Assembly: GCA_016839445.1 (NCBI GenBank)
Contig: JAEOUG010000100.1
Span: 1 to 62,415, forward strand
DNA from: Candidatus Thorarchaeota archaeon
Lineage (GTDB): Archaea > Asgardarchaeota > Thorarchaeia > Thorarchaeales > Thorarchaeaceae
Length of the DNA: 62,415 nucleotides
Direction of reading: 5' to 3'
Positions within the stretch are counted from its first letter, which is position 1, and the number at the start of each line of letters is the position of its first letter. Made by a program: the position numbers and the translations under genes. A model generated the notes under the pieces. That model was not told the DNA's origin. It ran no database searches and saw only the letters and a list, made by a program, of their open reading frames with translations. Shown piece by piece: positions 57,210 to 62,415 of this stretch.

Positions 57210-58337
57210 ATGCAGTTCACACCGCAACGTCTTGATCGTGTGCATAGGTCCATGGCGAGAGAGCAGGTAGATGCGATTGTTGTCACAAGACGACAGGATG
57301 TCCAGTATCTGACAGGATATCACTCGAGAGCCAGCAATGTTCCGATTGGATGTGTTCTTGCTCAAGATTCTCCACCTCATCTCATAATATCGGATATGCA
57401 GGCTGAGGAGATTCCCTCAGAATCTATAATGGGCAGGCTATCCGAGTTCACGCTAGAGGCAGAGGAGGGCTGGTTCCGCGCTCAGGGCACTGCATTCTGG
57501 GAACAGCTCGTTGGTGTTCTCAAACATGCCGGTCTTGAGAGAGGAATGATTGGTATCCAGCATGACTGGATCTCTGTCCGCGGATTTGACCGCCTGAAGA
57601 CACTGCTTCCACAGGCCGGGTTCAAGGACTTCACTCAGTCTCTCTGGAGGCTGAGGCACTTCAAGGACGCTGCAGAAATCGATGCAATCCGTCAAGCAGT
57701 GAACATCGCCGAGATTGGAGTGAGGACCGCACTTGAGATTGTGGCGGCAGGGAAGTCTGAGGAAGAGGCCTCCCTCCAGATAGAGTCGGCTATGAGAGGA
57801 GCCGGCGGTCAACTCCGAGGGATTAGGGCTGCTGTCCTAACTGGCGGACATGCTAGACGTCCTTTTGCTCAACCTGGGCCAAAACGCATAGGTGCTGAAG
57901 ATCTTGCCGTGCTCGATATTACGGTCAGTCAGAATGGCTACTTCGCAGAGGTGACCCGAACGATCCATATGGGGAAGCCTACGGAGCGCCAGAAGAAGAT
58001 GTTCGATTCAGTTCTGAGGATAAGAAGCCTCATTGAGAAGAACCTGAAGCCTGATGCGCAGCTGTCTGATGTCGCAGCCAATGTGATCAAGAAGATTGGC
58101 AAGCGAGTTCCACCGGGTTCGTTGGTCCAGCCCATGGGCAGCTCGATCGGTCTTGATCTTCGAGAGCCTCCGTACCTCTCCCTAGATAGTCAGTATGCCC
58201 TGCGTGAAGGAATGGTATTGACTCTCCATCCTACCCTGTATATTCCTGAGACTGGGTGTGCAAAGGTGGCAGATGCTGTTGTCATCACTGAGCATGGTAT
58301 TAAGGGTCTTGGCTCCCTCTCAAGGGAGACCCTGTAG
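57210..58337 (+). CDS. M24/creatinase-fold protein (Xaa-Pro peptidase-like) with degenerate metal ligands
   Basis: YLTGY, LRHFKDAAEI, GYFAEVTRT, GSSIGL..RE.P, LREGMVLTLHP. Confidence 0.85.
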   Translation: MQFTPQRLDRVHRSMAREQVDAIVVTRRQDVQYLTGYHSRASNVPIGCVLAQDSPPHLIISDMQAEEIPSESIMGRLSEFTLEAEEGWFRAQGTAFWEQLVGVLKHAGLERGMIGIQHDWISVRGFDRLKTLLPQAGFKDFTQSLWRLRHFKDAAEIDAIRQAVNIAEIGVRTALEIVAAGKSEEEASLQIESAMRGAGGQLRGIRAAVLTGGHARRPFAQPGPKRIGAEDLAVLDITVSQNGYFAEVTRTIHMGKPTERQKKMFDSVLRIRSLIEKNLKPDAQLSDVAANVIKKIGKRVPPGSLVQPMGSSIGLDLREPPYLSLDSQYALREGMVLTLHPTLYIPETGCAKVADAVVITEHGIKGLGSLSRETL

Positions 58338-58341
58338 GACT

Positions 58342-58866
58342 CTACGTTGTATTCTGCCAGAGTTTCAGTTTCTGAAACACCAAGGCGATTGCTGCGGCCT
58401 TGGCAGAGTGCTTCTCAACCTCTTCTCGGGATAGCTCCCTGATTTGCGCTGCAGGTGCTCCTGAGTTGAGGCTTCTCGGCGGGATAACCACGTTGGCTGG
58501 TACTATGCTTCCTGGCGCAAGCATTACTCCTTCACCAAGTGTCGCTCCATCGAAGACAACGCAGCCGTCTCCAATGTTTGCATTGTCGCCGACATAGACC
58601 CCGTGGACTACAGCGGCAGTCCCAATGATTGTGTTGTTCCCGATGATTGTCGGATTCTCCTCACTGTGCGCGTGGACAACTGCGCTATCCATGACACAGC
58701 TTCCTTCTCCAATCCTGACCGAGGCGAAATCTCCTCTCACTACTGCACCCGGCCAAACGCTCACCTTTGGACCAACCTCAACGTCTCCCACAAGTGTTGC
58801 CTGCGGGCTGATGTAGGCCTTTGGGTCTACCTTTGGGCTCTTATCTCCGAAAGGAAGTATTGGCAT
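58342..58866 (-). CDS. Gamma-carbonic anhydrase-like hexapeptide repeat protein
   Basis: ATLVGDV, VVRGDF, hexapeptide repeats, GAPA; AGGAGG SD before ATG 58866. Confidence 0.85.
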   Translation of the reverse strand: MPILPFGDKSPKVDPKAYISPQATLVGDVEVGPKVSVWPGAVVRGDFASVRIGEGSCVMDSAVVHAHSEENPTIIGNNTIIGTAAVVHGVYVGDNANIGDGCVVFDGATLGEGVMLAPGSIVPANVVIPPRSLNSGAPAAQIRELSREEVEKHSAKAAAIALVFQKLKLWQNTT

Positions 58867-58924
58867 AGATTCATCCTCCTGCCTGTCAAGCATGTCCTAC
58901 ATTTCTAATAAAACATGATGGGGC

Positions 58925-59308
58925 TTAGTCCTGGTTGCTCCCGAGAACTTGGTTGATGACGAACTCGTAGTGTTGAGCTGGCCTTAGGCCAACAAGCCTG
59001 TCGATTACGACCGGGTCATCCGAGCCATCTGTAGGAATCTCTATCCTTGCCGGCTCTCCGTCGACGAAGATCAGAACACAGGGAATTCCTGTGATATTGT
59101 TGTCAATGGCGTACCTTGTATGAATCTGGGTGTTCACCTTCAGAAAGGCAACATCCTCGTCTTGCGAGTACTTCTCGTCCAGCTCGTCAAGAACGGGGGC
59201 GAGAGCCAGACAAGGATTGCACCAAGGTGCCCAGCAGTCAACAAACAGGATTTTCCTCTTCTGTTGGAGCTCTGCTGCCACATCATCAGGGGACACGTCT
59301 CTAACCAT
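58925..59308 (-). CDS. Thioredoxin (WCNPC)
   Basis: DCWAPWCNPC, ITGIP. Confidence 0.9.
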   Translation of the reverse strand: MVRDVSPDDVAAELQQKRKILFVDCWAPWCNPCLALAPVLDELDEKYSQDEDVAFLKVNTQIHTRYAIDNNITGIPCVLIFVDGEPARIEIPTDGSDDPVVIDRLVGLRPAQHYEFVINQVLGSNQD

Positions 59309-59358
59309 GCGCGGTAACACCTGACCGAACCCTGACTTGGGGCCCTATGAATGTTTTC

Positions 59359-59397
59359 AGAAAGAGTGATGGTGCAGGGAGGGGAGAAAGCCCCCCT
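59359..59397 (-). terminator. Hairpin between the tandem thioredoxin genes
   Basis: Minus strand AGGGGGG-CTTT-CTCCCCT followed by a pyrimidine-rich tract. Confidence 0.45.
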
Positions 59398-59407
59398 TCG
59401 CTACCAT

Positions 59408-59770
59408 CTATGCTGCTTCTGCAGCCAGGAGGTTCTCAGCAATCTGCTCATAGACCTCTGGTGGCATCACGCCAACCAGCTTGTCCATCTTCTTACCATA
59501 GCCGTCATCAAAGACGACCCTCTTGCCGTCGGCGAATACGAGCACACTGGGCACTCCTGTAATCTGATTCTTAGCACTGAATTCTCTGTTGTGGTCAACG
59601 TCAATCTTGACAACCTTGAGACCCCTTCCGGAGTACTTCTGGTCGATCTCTTCCAGTATTGGGCCTAGAGTTCTGCATGGTCCGCACCAGACTGCGTGAC
59701 AATCCACGAATACTACCTTGTTGCCTTCAATGACACTGTCCAATTCTTGGGAACTGATGTCTTCTACCAT
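59408..59770 (-). CDS. trxA: Thioredoxin (WCGPC)
   Basis: WCGPC, KIDVD, ITGVP; start moved to ATG 59770. Confidence 0.92.
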   Translation of the reverse strand: MVEDISSQELDSVIEGNKVVFVDCHAVWCGPCRTLGPILEEIDQKYSGRGLKVVKIDVDHNREFSAKNQITGVPSVLVFADGKRVVFDDGYGKKMDKLVGVMPPEVYEQIAENLLAAEAA

Positions 59771-59800
59771 AGTCAAACTCTCCGCGGGTGCGGTTTCGTC

Positions 59801-59830
59801 TGTGCAAGCCTTTTGCACAACCGTTATAAG
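59801..59830 (-). promoter_or_regulatory. trx promoter with inverted-repeat operator candidate
   Basis: TGTGCAA-N5-TTGCACA (59801-19) immediately downstream of TTATAA. Confidence 0.5.
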
Positions 59831-59966
59831 GATTGCGTTAACGGAGTTAATGTTTTGCCCTCTCAGGAGCAGTCTCAGGGTTGACGTAGGTGCTCTAGAG
59901 TTGAAGCCTAACGTAACCACTGCCAAAGTTTGATAAGACCAGTCTGGAGGCCTTCAGAGGAACACG

Positions 59967-62415
59967 ATGCCTGTCCTTCACTGTGCCAAATGTGGGTCTC
60001 GCCTTGACATCAAGAAGGCCGGAGGCATTTGGACAGTCAGATGCACAGGGTGCGGTGCTGAAATTCTGGTCGACGGAAAAAGCAGCGACCTCTTCGACGC
60101 ATACGATGAATACTCCAAGGCTGTGAAGGCTGGGACTCTTACTGGAGGCAAGATTCCATATGCCGGCCCGAGAAGTCGACCGACCGACACGAGGTCTGAT
60201 CGGGAACCCACATCCAGGGCCAGGATGGGGGACCGCAGGGTCCAGTCTGACTCCCTTGTCGAGCAGCTAATCGCGGAGGGTGGCTCGTCACTTGGAGAAT
60301 TGCCACCTGCTCTACGCGGTCTTGTCAATAGCGGGCGTGACTACCTCGTGAACTACAGGTTCCTACCTTCCACTGAGGCTGATTATGGTTCGTCGGTGGA
60401 CGACCTAGCACTCCCTGTTCGCCTCAAGGAATTCCTCAAGGCCCGTGGAATCCAAGACCTCTATCGTTTCCAAGAACTTGCCTATGATTCCATATCGGAA
60501 GGAAAGGATGTTGTCATCGCGGCGCCTACAGCGCAGGGCAAGACAGAGGCATTCATTCTCCCCATCATCCGCAGTCTGCTCTTGACCCTTGAAGAGGCCT
60601 TCATGGAACAGGGCGTACGCGCGCTCCTTGTCTATCCAACGAAAGCGCTCGCTCGTGACCAATACGACAAGGTGCGAGCAATGGCTCAAACCGCGAATCT
60701 CACAGTGGCTGTGTTTGATGGCGACGTATCACAGGATGCTCGGGCAAAGATCTACGACAGGCCTCCAGACATCCTCTTGACGAACCCGGATGTTCTGCAC
60801 TATCATCTGGGCTGGAACCAGTCCCAGCTTCTGCCCCTCCTGCGAACGGTGAAGTTCGTTGTGCTGGATGAGATCCACCTCTACACCGGGTCCATGGGAT
60901 CCAATGTCTACTACATTCTGAAAAGGCTGGGCATGGAGTGTGGCGAGTTTCAGAAGATTGGGGCATCTGCAACGGTGGCGAATCCGAAGGAATTCGCTGA
61001 CATGCTCTTCGATGATGATGTTCATCTCATAGAGACGGCGACCGCAAAGAGGGGGCCAATTCACTTCTTAATGTACTACCCAGGTGACAGAAGCAAGTAC
61101 AGCATGATTGTGGATCAAGTATCTCATCTTCAACGCGGCGACTTCAAGACACTTGTCTTTGGAAACACTCACTCTGAGGCCGAAGTGCTGAACATACTGC
61201 TTGGCGACTTGGGCGTGAAGTCCATGGTCCATCGAGCTGGGCTCTCAAAGAAGTACAGAAGCGATGTCGAAGATCGGTTCCGAAATGGCGAGATACCTGT
61301 CATTGTGTCTACTCCGACTCTAGAACTCGGTATCGACATTGGCGATCTCAACAGCGTAGTGAGTATGATAGTGTCCATAACCAGACTGACTCAGAGAATA
61401 GGAAGGGCTGGACGGAAGGGGCAAGAGAGTGTCGCGATTCTTGCGCTACGAGAGAATGACCCAATATCCTCCTTCTACAAACACGAACCGGGGAAGTACT
61501 TCACCGACATTGATGCAGCTTACATGGAGCCAGACAATGAGGTTGTAGGCTACTACCAGCTACTTGCCGCGGCACTCAGCGGAAAGATGAAGGTTTCCGG
61601 CTTCTCGCGACACCAAAAAATCATCGAGCGCCTTGAAGGCGAGGGCCTGATCAGAGTAGAAGATGATGGAAGTGTCAGGGTAGTTGATGCCGATGCCGCC
61701 CGCAGAGGATGGCGCAACTACAGCATTCGAGGGATTGGAGACACGGTTGAGATAAAGATAGGCCGGAAGAACCTAGGGCAGAGGTCGATGCCAATGGCAG
61801 CTCAGGAACTACACCCTGGCGCCCTGTATCTTCATGGAGGCAAGAACTACCTCTCTATTGACTTCAAGTACACACATGGACTTGGAAGGGCGACCGTTGT
61901 GCCATACGAGGACCGAAGCATTCACACGAAGCCTCTCTACTACACCATGCCGAAGATACTGGATGTAATCGAGAGGAAGAGGGCGCTTGGCCTTGATGTC
62001 ATCTACTGCAACTTGGAGATGACACAGACAGTCTACGGTTTCGTGAAGAAGGAAACACGGTCCGGGCGAATAGTCGAACGGAACGAGCTCAGTGCTCCTC
62101 TTGTCTACAGCTATGCAACTCGTGGGTTTGCATTCACTGCGCCAGAACCGGTTTCGGCTGTCAATGACTACTTCAGCGGGAATCTCGGTCCCTTAGAAGG
62201 CAAGCGACTTGACCCCGCAGATCTCTACGGGGGAGCTTTTCACGCACTAGAGCATGTTCTCATCGAATCCAGCGACATGCTCACAGGGGGTGGAAACCGT
62301 GAGATTGGAGGCGTCTCAATGGGTGACTCCGGCATCATTTTCGTGTATGATGGAAGCCCTGGAGGAAACGGTGCATCGAAGCTGCTGTTCTCTCGGCTGG
62401 GTGAAGCTTTCAATA
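59967..62415 (+). CDS. DEAH-box SF2 helicase with DUF1998 (Hrq1/MrfA-like), partial
   Basis: Hand-translated: N-terminal CAKC/CTGC, APTAQGKT, YPTKALARDQ, LDEIH, SAT, LELGIDIG, QRIGRAGR, FHALEHVL, VYDGSPGGNG; runs off the right edge. Confidence 0.92.
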   Translation, partial: MPVLHCAKCGSRLDIKKAGGIWTVRCTGCGAEILVDGKSSDLFDAYDEYSKAVKAGTLTGGKIPYAGPRSRPTDTRSDREPTSRARMGDRRVQSDSLVEQLIAEGGSSLGELPPALRGLVNSGRDYLVNYRFLPSTEADYGSSVDDLALPVRLKEFLKARGIQDLYRFQELAYDSISEGKDVVIAAPTAQGKTEAFILPIIRSLLLTLEEAFMEQGVRALLVYPTKALARDQYDKVRAMAQTANLTVAVFDGDVSQDARAKIYDRPPDILLTNPDVLHYHLGWNQSQLLPLLRTVKFVVLDEIHLYTGSMGSNVYYILKRLGMECGEFQKIGASATVANPKEFADMLFDDDVHLIETATAKRGPIHFLMYYPGDRSKYSMIVDQVSHLQRGDFKTLVFGNTHSEAEVLNILLGDLGVKSMVHRAGLSKKYRSDVEDRFRNGEIPVIVSTPTLELGIDIGDLNSVVSMIVSITRLTQRIGRAGRKGQESVAILALRENDPISSFYKHEPGKYFTDIDAAYMEPDNEVVGYYQLLAAALSGKMKVSGFSRHQKIIERLEGEGLIRVEDDGSVRVVDADAARRGWRNYSIRGIGDTVEIKIGRKNLGQRSMPMAAQELHPGALYLHGGKNYLSIDFKYTHGLGRATVVPYEDRSIHTKPLYYTMPKILDVIERKRALGLDVIYCNLEMTQTVYGFVKKETRSGRIVERNELSAPLVYSYATRGFAFTAPEPVSAVNDYFSGNLGPLEGKRLDPADLYGGAFHALEHVLIESSDMLTGGGNREIGGVSMGDSGIIFVYDGSPGGNGASKLLFSRLGEAFN

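Noticed and set aside
1-62415. CRISPR arrays, rRNA, tRNA introns, selenoprotein UGA readthrough, and the many antisense or nested ORFs in the track
   Set aside because: No repeat-spacer periodicity, rRNA or interrupted conserved gene seen by eye; nested ORFs are shadows of well-supported genes

Overview
This 62.4 kb window is a gene-dense archaeal chromosomal segment of roughly balanced GC content. Gene content, GGTGA/GGAGG Shine-Dalgarno motifs, BRE-TATA promoters and protein styles point to an Asgard archaeon, probably Thorarchaeia; that taxonomy is my inference. It holds about 70 CDS, mostly housekeeping and metabolic: uS19, ABCE1/Rli1, PriL, Nth, an OGG-type glycosylase, EtfAB, class I FBA, FBP aldolase/phosphatase, TPI, two ABC systems, thioredoxins and a partial Hrq1/DUF1998 helicase. 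It also has two near-identical tRNA-Arg genes. I found no CRISPR array, transposase or integrase. The main signals not shown by the ORF track are: (1) two intergenic box C/D guide sRNA candidates with perfect K-turn terminal stems (31521-31587 +, 44676-44751 -), whose guides resemble antisense to rRNA; (2) a short histone-fold gene with a Lys-rich N-terminal tail, divergent from a wHTH operon across palindromic operators; (3) three clustered metal-ligand-deficient pseudoenzyme candidates (Nif3, M24, gamma-CA), and an ABCE1 with one Fe-S Cys replaced by Glu; (4) recurrent hairpin plus spaced U-tract terminator-like elements; (5) a beta-hairpin amplification inside an ABC nucleotide-binding domain, and a stand-alone TFB cyclin repeat. 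All product calls come from motif recognition by eye; no database searches were run.
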